32,000 nt of DNA from Formosa sp. Hel1_33_131 (GCF_001735745.1 NZ_CP017260.1:1170001-1202000), one strand, 5' to 3'; numbered from the stretch's first letter, positions 7,485-15,938 are shown. Notes: generated from the sequence alone by a model not told the origin. Numbers and translations are program-made.

Positions 7485-8486
7485 TTAAACTAGGTAGAAG
7501 AATGTAAATACAAATACCCAAACTAAATCTACAAAGTGCCAGTAAAGACCTACTTTTTCTACCATTTCGTAATTTTTACGACGTTCGTAGGTTCCAATAA
7601 TTACATTAAAAAAGATGATGATATTTATGACAACTCCTGATAATACGTGAAATCCGTGGAAGCCTGTAATGAAGAAAAAGAAATCGGCAAATAAGGGAGT
7701 CCCATATTCATTGACCTCCAAATTCGCTCCTTTTACATAGCGTTTTCCATTATTTTTAACTTGCTTTAAAGAGGCTGCTCTAGAGAGTACTGTCTTTTCG
7801 CCCTCCTCATTAATTGTTTGTGTTCTTACCAATACATCTGGATGTGACTCTAAACCGTGGAATACATCGCTCACAGAAAAGGCTGGTAAAGCGCCTTCAC
7901 CTACAAACCAAATCCCATTTTTATTTTCATGTTGTGTACGGTCTGTATGAGATGCGGTTGTGAAATCTTCGACTGCAATGCGCTTAAAGACTTCTTCACC
8001 ATCAATTGTTTTATAGGTCCCAAACTGTAGGATATTCCCACCTTTGGTTTGTACAGCTCCATAATCTCCTTGGATAAATGTTGCCCATTCCCATGCTTGC
8101 GAGCCTACAAAAATAGCCCCTCCAATAATGGTAAAAAACATATACCAGATGACTTTGTTTTTTTTCATTTCATGTCCTGCATCTACGGCGAGTACCATGG
8201 TCACAGATGACATAATCAACACAAAGGTCATGAAAGCAACATAAATCATTGGAAGTTCTTGCCCGTGCAAAAAGGGAACGTGTGTAAAGACTTCATCGGC
8301 AATTGGCCAATAGTCAATAAACTTAAATCTTGAAAATCCATAGGCTGCTAAAAAGCCTGAAAAGGTTAATGCATCGGAAACGATGAAAAACCACATCATC
8401 ATTTTACCATAACTTGACTTGAGGGGTTGATTCCCTCCGCCCCAAGTTTTTCCTTCTGTTCCGGTGCTAACTACTGTAGAGTCCAT
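7485..8486 (-). CDS. Cytochrome c oxidase subunit III-family protein (long form with a large hydrophilic insertion)
   Basis: Heme-copper oxidase subunit III hallmarks: MMMWFFIVSDALTFSGF, FFFFITGFHGFHVLSGV, VGLYWHFVDLVWVFVFTFFYL. About 125 hydrophilic residues are inserted between the helices ending ...SQAWEW and starting FADFFFF. Confidence 0.85.
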   Translation of the reverse strand: MDSTVVSTGTEGKTWGGGNQPLKSSYGKMMMWFFIVSDALTFSGFLAAYGFSRFKFIDYWPIADEVFTHVPFLHGQELPMIYVAFMTFVLIMSSVTMVLAVDAGHEMKKNKVIWYMFFTIIGGAIFVGSQAWEWATFIQGDYGAVQTKGGNILQFGTYKTIDGEEVFKRIAVEDFTTASHTDRTQHENKNGIWFVGEGALPAFSVSDVFHGLESHPDVLVRTQTINEEGEKTVLSRAASLKQVKNNGKRYVKGANLEVNEYGTPLFADFFFFITGFHGFHVLSGVVINIIIFFNVIIGTYERRKNYEMVEKVGLYWHFVDLVWVFVFTFFYLV

Positions 8487-8528
8487 AACTGCAATTTATT
8501 TTGAGTTGTGCAAAAATAAGAATTTTAT

Positions 8529-9110
8529 TTAGTTAAAGAAATATAAAAAGAAAAAGAGATATAACCATAAGATATCTACAAAATGCCAAAATGTAGAAGC
8601 AAGGTCAAATCCAAGAGTGTTTTCCGATGAATATTTTTTATTTAATTGATTGATAATAACCACAATGAGACATACAAGCCCTGCTAGAACATGCACGATA
8701 TGAACCACCGCAATTACATATATATAGGACATTGTAATATTACTGGTAGGGCCTGTGAAATTATACCCTGAATCGATGATTTGATTGAATCCTAAAATCT
8801 GAGAATAGATAAATGCAATTCCAAGAACTAACACGCCTATAAGAAGGGATGTGGTGGTCGTTGCCTGATTCTTTTTTAGGGTTTGCTTCGCGGCATATAA
8901 AAGAATACTGCTCAAAAGAATTATTAAGGTACTGTATATAAATGAGTTTGGCAGTACAAAATCGGAGAGCCAATCTTCTCGTGAGCTACTCACAATAAAA
9001 GCACTTGTGAGGCCTGCAAAAGACATGATTAAGGAGACGATCCCAAACCATAACATCATTTTTTTTGCGCGCTTTTGTTTTACCTGGGTAGTACCTTGCG
9101 TTAAATCCAT
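8529..9110 (-). CDS. Cytochrome c oxidase subunit III-family protein (short, CtaE-like form)
   Basis: 193 aa, 5 TM, ending in ASTFWHFVDILWLYLFFFLYF (subunit III C-terminal motif) and containing VHIVHVLAGL. It overlaps cyoE by 10 nt. Confidence 0.85.
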   Translation of the reverse strand: MDLTQGTTQVKQKRAKKMMLWFGIVSLIMSFAGLTSAFIVSSSREDWLSDFVLPNSFIYSTLIILLSSILLYAAKQTLKKNQATTTTSLLIGVLVLGIAFIYSQILGFNQIIDSGYNFTGPTSNITMSYIYVIAVVHIVHVLAGLVCLIVVIINQLNKKYSSENTLGFDLASTFWHFVDILWLYLFFFLYFFN

Positions 9111-10006
9111 AGTCTGATAAATTTATCTGAAACGTAAATAATTTGAATTAAAGTAATATAAACAACACTCGACAACATCAGTTGGCGTGCGGCTTTATCG
9201 GTTAGATTTTTAAACAGTCTAAATCCGTAGTATAAAAACCAAAAACCGGCTGCAAGTGTTAGAATCATGGCGACAACAGAGAGCTGTAGTCTGCCTGTAA
9301 AACCAAACACAGGTACAATCGAAATAAGAATCGTCCAAGCGGTATATATAATGGCTTGAAGTGCAGTGCCTTTGTCGCGTTTTCCTGTTGGTAACATATT
9401 AAAGCCTGCTTTCTGATAGTCTTCATGTAGAAACCAACCGATGGCCCAAAAGTGTGGGAATTGCCAAAAAAATTGAAGCATAAATAAGACACCTGCCTCA
9501 ATTCCGAATTTTCCAGTGGCAGCCACCCATCCCAACATAAAAGGAATCGCTCCGGGAATGGCTCCCACAAAAACGGAGAGTGGAGTTTTTGTTTTTAAAG
9601 GGGTGTATGCACTCGTGTATAAACATATTGAAATGGCACCAAACATGGCGGTACGCTCGTTGATACTGTATAAAATAGACAGTCCTGCAACAGTCAAAAT
9701 AATTGCTAGGATAAAGGCGTAAGTCACCGTCATTCTTCCGGCGGGGATGGGTCTGTTTTTGGTGCGGTCCATGAGCACATCTAAGTCGCGCTCTATAATT
9801 TGATTGAACACATTAGAAGCGCCTACCATAAAATACCCTCCAATAGCTAAGAGAACTAAAGTCTGAAAATCAACGACATCGGCTGCTAATAAATAACCTG
9901 CTAAGGATGAAAATACGACGCTAATAGACAAGCCCATTTTGGTGACTGCCTTAAAATCGGCTAGGAATGTTGTTGCTTTAGATGTTGTGTAAGTGTGGTT
10001 CGACAT
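9101..10006 (-). CDS. cyoE: Protoheme IX farnesyltransferase (heme O synthase), UbiA family
   Basis: NVFNQIIERDLDVLMDRTKNRPIPAG (the UbiA Asp-rich motif typical of CyoE/CtaB), multi-TM, 301 aa, heading the oxidase gene cluster. Confidence 0.9.
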   Translation of the reverse strand: MSNHTYTTSKATTFLADFKAVTKMGLSISVVFSSLAGYLLAADVVDFQTLVLLAIGGYFMVGASNVFNQIIERDLDVLMDRTKNRPIPAGRMTVTYAFILAIILTVAGLSILYSINERTAMFGAISICLYTSAYTPLKTKTPLSVFVGAIPGAIPFMLGWVAATGKFGIEAGVLFMLQFFWQFPHFWAIGWFLHEDYQKAGFNMLPTGKRDKGTALQAIIYTAWTILISIVPVFGFTGRLQLSVVAMILTLAAGFWFLYYGFRLFKNLTDKAARQLMLSSVVYITLIQIIYVSDKFIRLWI

Positions 10007-10035
10007 AAAGGTGAAATTTCTTCACATTTTAGCTG

Positions 10036-10043
10036 CAAAGATA
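10036..10043 (-). promoter_or_regulatory. Candidate -7 box (TATCTTTG on the minus strand) for the cyoE-cox operon
   Basis: Plus-strand caaagata is TATCTTTG on the minus strand. It matches TAnnTTTG and lies ~30 nt upstream of the cyoE ATG (10006). Confidence 0.4.
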
Positions 10044-10113
10044 CTTCTAAAATCTATTTTAGCCACGTAAATTTTGGAAATAAACACCCCTAACTGAACC
10101 TTGTTTTATTTAG

Positions 10114-12729
10114 TTATAAAATAAACCGATAGGTAGCTTTTAGTAAGAAAATATTCTGAGGGCGTTGGTCTAAAATACCCGTTTGAAATCCTTCAAATAA
10201 ACCATTCGACGATTCAATACTGCTTGCAACTCCTTGTGCCCATACCAAAAATAGTTCGGACCCTGGGATGTATTCCCATCTTAAAACCAAATTAGAGTTG
10301 AATTGAACATACGAAAAATCGGGGTTTTCAAAACTATAATCCATGGTACCGTCTAAATTTTCATCTACCTGAAAATCATCTCCATTAATGCTGATTTGAT
10401 TGGCGTCATAATTCTGAAAACGGTCCTTCAACTGGTCTGCTACTGGATTTGTCACATATTTAAAATCCGTATAGCGGCCACGTGAAATAAAAGGTTGTCC
10501 ATAATATTGAATCGATAAATTAGGGTTGATGGTGTAATCAAACCGCACCGAGGCTGTGAGTGTATGATTGTCAATCGTTCCCAATACATACCTTGTACTT
10601 TCATCTGGCTGTGTCACATATTGTGTTTTACTTTTGGAGATGCTATATTCTGGAGCCAATGAAATATTGAGCGCATTGGTGGGTTGGTAGCTTAACCTAG
10701 ATTCAAACTTTAATAACGAAAAATTGTCTTCTTTGGCTTGAGAATGAATGATCCCAACAACGCCGTTAAATTTTTTCCGTTGGTCAGAACCCACAAAAAA
10801 GAATTGAAAATTTTCTTGAGAAAACCGCCAACGCGGCCCGCCTCTTAAAACACTGTTTGAAAAAATACGAGGTTTATGAGCCGCCCCAAAATCGATACCC
10901 CAGTTGTTGATGAAGCTCGCAGAACCTTTTATCTCATACTGCATTCTATTGTAGTTCCCCTCAAAATCATGGGAGGAAAACTGATTAAAACGCATGTTAA
11001 AGTCTCGAAAAATACCTGTAGGTTTTATACTTCTGTATCTTAAGTTAGTATATTGAATCATCTCATCTGCACTTCTCAAAAAACCAATGTCATTCAATTC
11101 GAGTTCAGGAGAGACCCATTTAAATCCCGCGTTATAATTCCAATGTTGCCCCCCTACTTTTCCAAATCCAAAACGGCCTCCAGTTCCTGTGAGTGAGGTA
11201 CGGTTTGGATCAACTTTAAGATGACTTGCATCCACTCTATTGAAAAGATGCGTTAAATTTTCTTGGGTCAGTTTAATGGCTTCTTTACTTCCTTGCACAT
11301 GACTCATGACAATATTAGCTTCCATAAAATAGGCCCTATTTTTCCATTGGTGTTTAAAATCTAAACCCCCAGAATAGGCTGATTTTCTGAGATCAGAAAC
11401 TTGTGAAGTCAAGGAGCGATTGGTGGCTGTAAACATACCACCGAGGAAGGTGTTTTTTTTATTAAAATCTTTTTGAACCCGCCCGACAAAATAATTAGTA
11501 AACGGCTCAGCTAGCGATTCGGAGGTGTTGCCATTGGTACTGATCTCTGTGAATTCTTTTGAGGTCATACTTTCCAATACACCTATAGACCAGCCATTTT
11601 TGGTTTTTCCACTAAATTTTGCAGCCCCCAAAATCTTTGTATTTTGAGGTTGATTCACAAAAGCCTCGTCAGCCGTATCTGGGTACACTTGTGGAGTACG
11701 ACCAATTCGTCTAGAAAAAAATAAATTGTTCCGATTGTCTGCGAATCGGTAATCAAAAATATTTTTATTTTCCACAAAAAAAGGGCGTTGGTCTCTATTA
11801 AATATCTCAAAGCCATCCAAGTTGATCGCTGCAGGATCGGCTTCTACCTGTCCAAAATCGGGGTTGATGGTCACGTCAAGGGTCAAATCGTTCGTAATGC
11901 CAATTTTTGCATCAAGGCCTGCATTCAAATTAAAATCATTGCCATCGGCATAAGGGTTGCCTGCTTCGGCTTCATAACTGTCTAATAACGTGACTATAAA
12001 AGGTTGTATTTCGATTTGTTTTTGGGGCTTGATATTCTTCAAGCCTTGTAATTCCCCGGCTTCACTGACCCAACCCGCTGCACCAACAGGGATTCGATTC
12101 CATGCGGAAAATTCATTATTTTTAAAATAATTTCGAGCGACATTCAAACCCCAAACCTGATTCTGATCGTTACTAAAACGTAGTTGGCTTAACGGAATTT
12201 TCATTTCAGCGGACCACCCTTCATCGTCAATTAGGGCTTTGGTACTCCATATAGGATTCCAACTCTCATCAATATTGTCGCCATTATCCGTGATAAATTC
12301 ATCGCCTCGTACACCAGCCGCTGTGACTGTAAACAGAAAGCCGGTTCGTAAATCGTGGTAACTATCTATAAGGACATTGATCCGGTCTCCCACAAATCCA
12401 TCCCGTCGCGAAAGGCGGTTGGTGATTGTTTCGGGTTCTGGATCCAATGCTTTTAAAGCGATGTAAAGGTGTTTTTGATCGTAGAGTATTTTAAATTTGG
12501 TTTGCACAGAGGGTTCTGTGTTTTCATCGGGGTTGACTTCGATAAAATCACTCCCCCATTCTACGGATGCCCATATTGAATCGTCGAGATTTCCATCAAT
12601 TGAGGGTGCATTAGCGGACTCAATTTCAAGGGTTGTGTATTTTTTTGAAGGAGCCTTTGATTCTTCTTGCGCTGTAAGTGTACAGAAACCTATACAAAAG
12701 AGACAACATAGGAACTTAAAAAAATTCAT
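10114..12729 (-). CDS. DUF5916-type outer-membrane protein with an N-terminal carbohydrate-binding family 9-like domain
   Basis: 871 aa with a signal peptide (MNFFKFLCCLFCIGFCTLTAQ). The N-terminal CBM9-like pattern is IDGNLDDSIWASVEWGSDFIEVNPDENTEPSVQTKFKILYDQKHLYIALKA. The long beta-rich C-terminal region ends in an aromatic residue pattern (LLKATYRFIL) typical of OM barrels. Confidence 0.75.
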   Translation of the reverse strand: MNFFKFLCCLFCIGFCTLTAQEESKAPSKKYTTLEIESANAPSIDGNLDDSIWASVEWGSDFIEVNPDENTEPSVQTKFKILYDQKHLYIALKALDPEPETITNRLSRRDGFVGDRINVLIDSYHDLRTGFLFTVTAAGVRGDEFITDNGDNIDESWNPIWSTKALIDDEGWSAEMKIPLSQLRFSNDQNQVWGLNVARNYFKNNEFSAWNRIPVGAAGWVSEAGELQGLKNIKPQKQIEIQPFIVTLLDSYEAEAGNPYADGNDFNLNAGLDAKIGITNDLTLDVTINPDFGQVEADPAAINLDGFEIFNRDQRPFFVENKNIFDYRFADNRNNLFFSRRIGRTPQVYPDTADEAFVNQPQNTKILGAAKFSGKTKNGWSIGVLESMTSKEFTEISTNGNTSESLAEPFTNYFVGRVQKDFNKKNTFLGGMFTATNRSLTSQVSDLRKSAYSGGLDFKHQWKNRAYFMEANIVMSHVQGSKEAIKLTQENLTHLFNRVDASHLKVDPNRTSLTGTGGRFGFGKVGGQHWNYNAGFKWVSPELELNDIGFLRSADEMIQYTNLRYRSIKPTGIFRDFNMRFNQFSSHDFEGNYNRMQYEIKGSASFINNWGIDFGAAHKPRIFSNSVLRGGPRWRFSQENFQFFFVGSDQRKKFNGVVGIIHSQAKEDNFSLLKFESRLSYQPTNALNISLAPEYSISKSKTQYVTQPDESTRYVLGTIDNHTLTASVRFDYTINPNLSIQYYGQPFISRGRYTDFKYVTNPVADQLKDRFQNYDANQISINGDDFQVDENLDGTMDYSFENPDFSYVQFNSNLVLRWEYIPGSELFLVWAQGVASSIESSNGLFEGFQTGILDQRPQNIFLLKATYRFIL

Positions 12730-12872
12730 AGCGTAAGAATTACAGGTTCTTGAAGTACAAATATTAAAAATGAAATTTATAAACCTATAAAATTATTTGT
12801 TAAACTTTATTTCAATCAGGGTAAATACGATAACTTATCATCAAAACGTCCATAGCAAATCCATTGAAAATC

Positions 12873-12894
12873 AAACTCAAAATAAACTCAAAAT
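12873..12894. repeat. Perfect tandem direct repeat, 2 x 11 bp (AAACTCAAAAT AAACTCAAAAT)
   Basis: Read directly from the sequence. The period equals one helical turn, and the repeat ends 5 nt before the -33 element of the putative rplM promoter. Confidence 0.8.
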
Positions 12895-12898
12895 AGAT

Positions 12899-12930
12899 TT
12901 TGTTAATAACAATTTATAATTGTAGATTTG
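12899..12930 (+). promoter_or_regulatory. Candidate Bacteroidota-type promoter of rplM-rpsI: -33 TTTG (12899-12902), 20-nt spacer, -7 TAGATTTG (12923-12930)
   Basis: Both consensus elements (TTTG / TAnnTTTG) are present with plausible spacing, ~49 nt upstream of the GTG start. An A9 run lies just before the start codon. Confidence 0.5.
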
Positions 12931-12978
12931 CAAACTCTTTTTTAAGGGAGGAATGTTTAATAAGAAAAAAAAATTAGT

Positions 12979-13434
12979 GTGGATACATTAAGCTACAAAA
13001 CAATATCGGCCAACAAAGCTACTGTGAACAAGCAGTGGGTTTTGATAGATGCTGAAGGAGAAACGTTAGGACGTTTAGCTTCTAAAGTTGCAATACTTTT
13101 AAGAGGTAAGCATAAAACTAACTTTACACCACACGTTGACTGTGGAGATAACGTCATTGTTATCAATTCAGAAAAAATAATTCTATCTGGAAACAAATGG
13201 ACTGAAAAGACTTACATCCGTCATACAGGTTATCCAGGAGGTCAAAGATCACTAACTGCAACTGAGATGTTTGCTAAAGATCCAACAAGGTTAGTTGAAA
13301 AATCAGTTAAAGGAATGCTGCCTAAAAACAAATTAGGTGCTGCATTATTCCGTAATCTAAACGTTGTGGCTGGAACTGCGCATTCTCACGAAGCTCAAAA
13401 ACCAAAAGCAATCAATTTAAACGAAGTTAACTAA
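12979..13434 (+). CDS. rplM: 50S ribosomal protein L13
   Basis: The full-length match pattern [67 protein letters not shown] is classic uL13. GTG start. Confidence 0.95.
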   Translation: MDTLSYKTISANKATVNKQWVLIDAEGETLGRLASKVAILLRGKHKTNFTPHVDCGDNVIVINSEKIILSGNKWTEKTYIRHTGYPGGQRSLTATEMFAKDPTRLVEKSVKGMLPKNKLGAALFRNLNVVAGTAHSHEAQKPKAINLNEVN

Positions 13435-13820
13435 TGGAGGTTATTCACAAAATTGGTCGTAGAAAAACGGCCGTAGCACGTATTTATCTTGTTCCTGGAA
13501 AAGGATCAATTACCGTGAACAAAAAAGATGTTAAGGATTATTTTCCATCAGCAACTTTACAGTACAAAATCAACCAACCTTTTGCATTGACTGACAATGA
13601 AGGAAGCTTCGATGTTAAAGTAAATGTTTTTGGAGGTGGTATTACAGGTCAAGCAGAAGCAATTCGTTTAGCTTTATCTCGTGCAATGTGCGAATTAGAT
13701 GAAGAAAACAGAGGTGTTCTGAAACCAGAAGGCTTATTGACAAGAGATCCAAGAATGGTTGAGCGTAAAAAATTCGGACAGAAAAAAGCGCGTAAAAAAT
13801 TCCAATTCTCTAAACGTTAA
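13434..13820 (+). CDS. rpsI: 30S ribosomal protein S9
   Basis: [12 protein letters not shown]...[19 protein letters not shown]...[28 protein letters not shown] is the uS9 signature. The start overlaps the rplM stop (TAATG). Confidence 0.95.
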   Translation: MEVIHKIGRRKTAVARIYLVPGKGSITVNKKDVKDYFPSATLQYKINQPFALTDNEGSFDVKVNVFGGGITGQAEAIRLALSRAMCELDEENRGVLKPEGLLTRDPRMVERKKFGQKKARKKFQFSKR

Positions 13821-13958
13821 TATTTATTATTTAAACCAGTTATTGTTGTCTATGGTGGGCCAACTACCAAGACTTAGTTTAGCATCTAAATGTTTAAGGC
13901 TTTAAAAACATAAGCCAGTCAAGCATTGCTAATTCAACAGAACGTAAACTATTACAAA

Positions 13959-14885
13959 ATGGCATTAGTAGAAGTAAAAGAATTATTAGACAGTGGTGTA
14001 CACTTCGGTCACCTTACAAGAAAATGGGATCCAAACATGGCTCCTTACATTTATATGGAGCGTAATGGTATTCATATCATTAACCTGTATAAAACAGCTG
14101 CAAAACTTGAAGAAGCTTCTGAAGCTTTAGCGAAAATTGCAATCTCAGGTCGTAAAATATTATTTGTTGCGACCAAAAAACAAGCAAAAGATATCGTCTC
14201 TGAAAAAGCAGGAAGCGTCAACATGCCTTACATTACTGAAAGATGGCCTGGTGGAATGTTAACTAACTTTGTAACGATCCGTAAAGCTGTTAAGAAAATG
14301 GCCACTATTGACCGTATGAAAAAAGACGGTACTTTTTTAACGCTTTCTAAAAAGGAACGTTTACAAGTAGATCGTTTAAGAGCAAAATTAGAAAAGAATT
14401 TAGGTTCAATTTCAGATATGACGCGTCTTCCAGGAGCGCTATTTGTAATTGATATCAAACGTGAGCATATCGCGATCAAAGAAGCGCAAAAATTAAACAT
14501 TCCAATCTTTGCAATGGTGGATACAAATTCTGATCCAAGACAAGTGGATTATGTAATTCCTGCAAATGATGATGCTTCTAAATCTATCGATAAAATTCTT
14601 ACAAATGTAACCGAGGCGATTGCCGAAGGTTTGGCTGCAAGAAAAGCTGAAAAGGATACTAAAGATGCTGAAAAAGCAGCGGAGGCTCCAAAAGAAGCAA
14701 AAACTGAAGCGACAACAGAAACAAAAGCAGATACTGCCGAAGCAAAAGTTGAAGCAAAAGTTGAAAAAACGGAAGCACCTAAAGCTAAAAAGACTGCTGC
14801 TGCTCCTAAAACCGCAAAAGCTAAAAAAGTAGCGAAGGCTCCTGAAGCTCCTGTAGTAGAAGAAGTTGCTAAGGAAGAAGAATAA
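13959..14885 (+). CDS. rpsB: 30S ribosomal protein S2 with a long Lys/Ala/Glu-rich C-terminal tail
   Basis: From ATG 13959 the protein reads MALVEVKELLDSGVHFGHLTRKWDPNMAPYIYMERNGIHIINL (uS2 N-terminus). The TTG at 13926 in the ORF track adds 11 non-conserved residues and is rejected. Confidence 0.95.
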   Translation: MALVEVKELLDSGVHFGHLTRKWDPNMAPYIYMERNGIHIINLYKTAAKLEEASEALAKIAISGRKILFVATKKQAKDIVSEKAGSVNMPYITERWPGGMLTNFVTIRKAVKKMATIDRMKKDGTFLTLSKKERLQVDRLRAKLEKNLGSISDMTRLPGALFVIDIKREHIAIKEAQKLNIPIFAMVDTNSDPRQVDYVIPANDDASKSIDKILTNVTEAIAEGLAARKAEKDTKDAEKAAEAPKEAKTEATTETKADTAEAKVEAKVEKTEAPKAKKTAAAPKTAKAKKVAKAPEAPVVEEVAKEEE

Positions 14886-14917
14886 CAAACTAATTATAAG
14901 TATTAAGCAATAACAAA

Positions 14918-14959
14918 GTCGTTCAGTTCTTCCCACGGAAAATTTGAACGGCTTTTTTT
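14918..14959 (+). terminator. Strong intrinsic terminator/attenuator between rpsB and tsf
   Basis: 16-position hairpin (14918-14933 pairs with 14937-14952; 2 mismatches, 2 G-U; CAC loop) followed by T7 (14953-14959). It lies 14 nt before the tsf ATG. Confidence 0.7.
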
Positions 14960-14972
14960 AAACAATTAAATC

Positions 14973-15938
14973 ATGATAAAAATAACAGCTGCTGAAGTAA
15001 ATAAATTAAGACAAGCGACAGGCGCAGGAATGATGGACTGTAAAAAAGCCTTGGTTGAAGCTGAAGGCGATTTTGATAAAGCAATTGACAACCTTCGTAA
15101 AAAAGGACAAAAAGTAGCCGCTAATAGAGCCGATCGTGACTCTTCTGAAGGGGCTGCTGTTGCAAAAATTAATGCTGACAATACGGTTGGTGTTGCCATC
15201 GTTTTAGGGTGTGAAACTGATTTCGTTGGAAAAAACGAGAACTTTTTAGCCTTAGCAAGTCAGTTTGGAGATATCGCACTAAACCACGATACTAAAGAAG
15301 CCTTTTTAGCGGCTGATTTTGGTGGCATGACAGTTGCTGAAAAATTAATCGAACAAACAGGTGTGATTGGTGAAAAACTAGACATTAACGCCTTTGATAA
15401 AATTGAAGCTGCCTATGTAGGTTCTTATGTACATATCAATAAAATTGCTGCCCTTGTTGGTTTATCTGCGAAAGTAGACAACGCTGACGTTTTGGTAAAA
15501 GACGTTGCAATGCAAGTTGCTTCTATGGGTGCTACAACACTTTCTTACAAAGATTTTGACCCAGCATTCATTGCCTCTGAAACAGAAGCTAGAATCGCGG
15601 TGATTGAAAAAGATAATATCGAGTTAGGCCGTTTAGGAAAAACGCTTAAAAACATTCCTCAGTACATTTCAATGGCACAATTAACGGCAGACGCGTTGGC
15701 ACAAGCTGAAGATGCTGCAAAAGCTGAGTTGAAAGCTGAAGGAAAGCCAGAACAAATTTGGGACAAAATTTTACCTGGTAAAATGGAACGTTTCATTTCT
15801 GATAATACTTCTTTAGATCAAGAACAATGTTTGTTAGATCAAAACTTTATCAAAGACGATAAGGTAAGAGTTGCAAAATATGTTGAAAGCTATGGCGATG
15901 TGTCTATCACTGGTTTTAAACGTGTATCTTTAGGATAA
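14973..15938 (+). CDS. tsf: Translation elongation factor Ts
   Basis: N-terminal UBA-like EF-Ts motif ITAAEVNKLRQATGAGMMDCKKALVEAEGDFDKAIDNLRKKG, followed by ETDFVGKN. Confidence 0.95.
   Translation: MIKITAAEVNKLRQATGAGMMDCKKALVEAEGDFDKAIDNLRKKGQKVAANRADRDSSEGAAVAKINADNTVGVAIVLGCETDFVGKNENFLALASQFGDIALNHDTKEAFLAADFGGMTVAEKLIEQTGVIGEKLDINAFDKIEAAYVGSYVHINKIAALVGLSAKVDNADVLVKDVAMQVASMGATTLSYKDFDPAFIASETEARIAVIEKDNIELGRLGKTLKNIPQYISMAQLTADALAQAEDAAKAELKAEGKPEQIWDKILPGKMERFISDNTSLDQEQCLLDQNFIKDDKVRVAKYVESYGDVSITGFKRVSLG

Noticed and set aside
13890-13916. Reading the two interleaved rpsB-leader helices as a genuine H-type pseudoknot
   Set aside because: The 3' strands of the two helices are directly adjacent (zero-nt linker across a 6-bp stem). 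This is sterically implausible for simultaneous pairing, so alternative hairpins are more likely. The region is reported only as a candidate structured leader.
13926-13958. Upstream TTG starts proposed by the ORF track for rpsB (13926), GH16 (16020), pyrH (17864) and the RND transporter (19270)
   Set aside because: In each case an internal ATG yields the conserved N-terminus or a proper signal peptide. For pyrH and the RND gene the TTG also overlaps a TAnnTTTG -7 box, which would place it upstream of the transcript.
14493-14936. 147-aa minus-strand ORF (Phe/Ser/Cys-rich), and the 70-aa plus-strand frame at 14620-14832
   Set aside because: Both mirror the repetitive GAA/GCA/AAA codons of the S2 Lys/Ala/Glu tail and are an artefact of low-complexity sequence.
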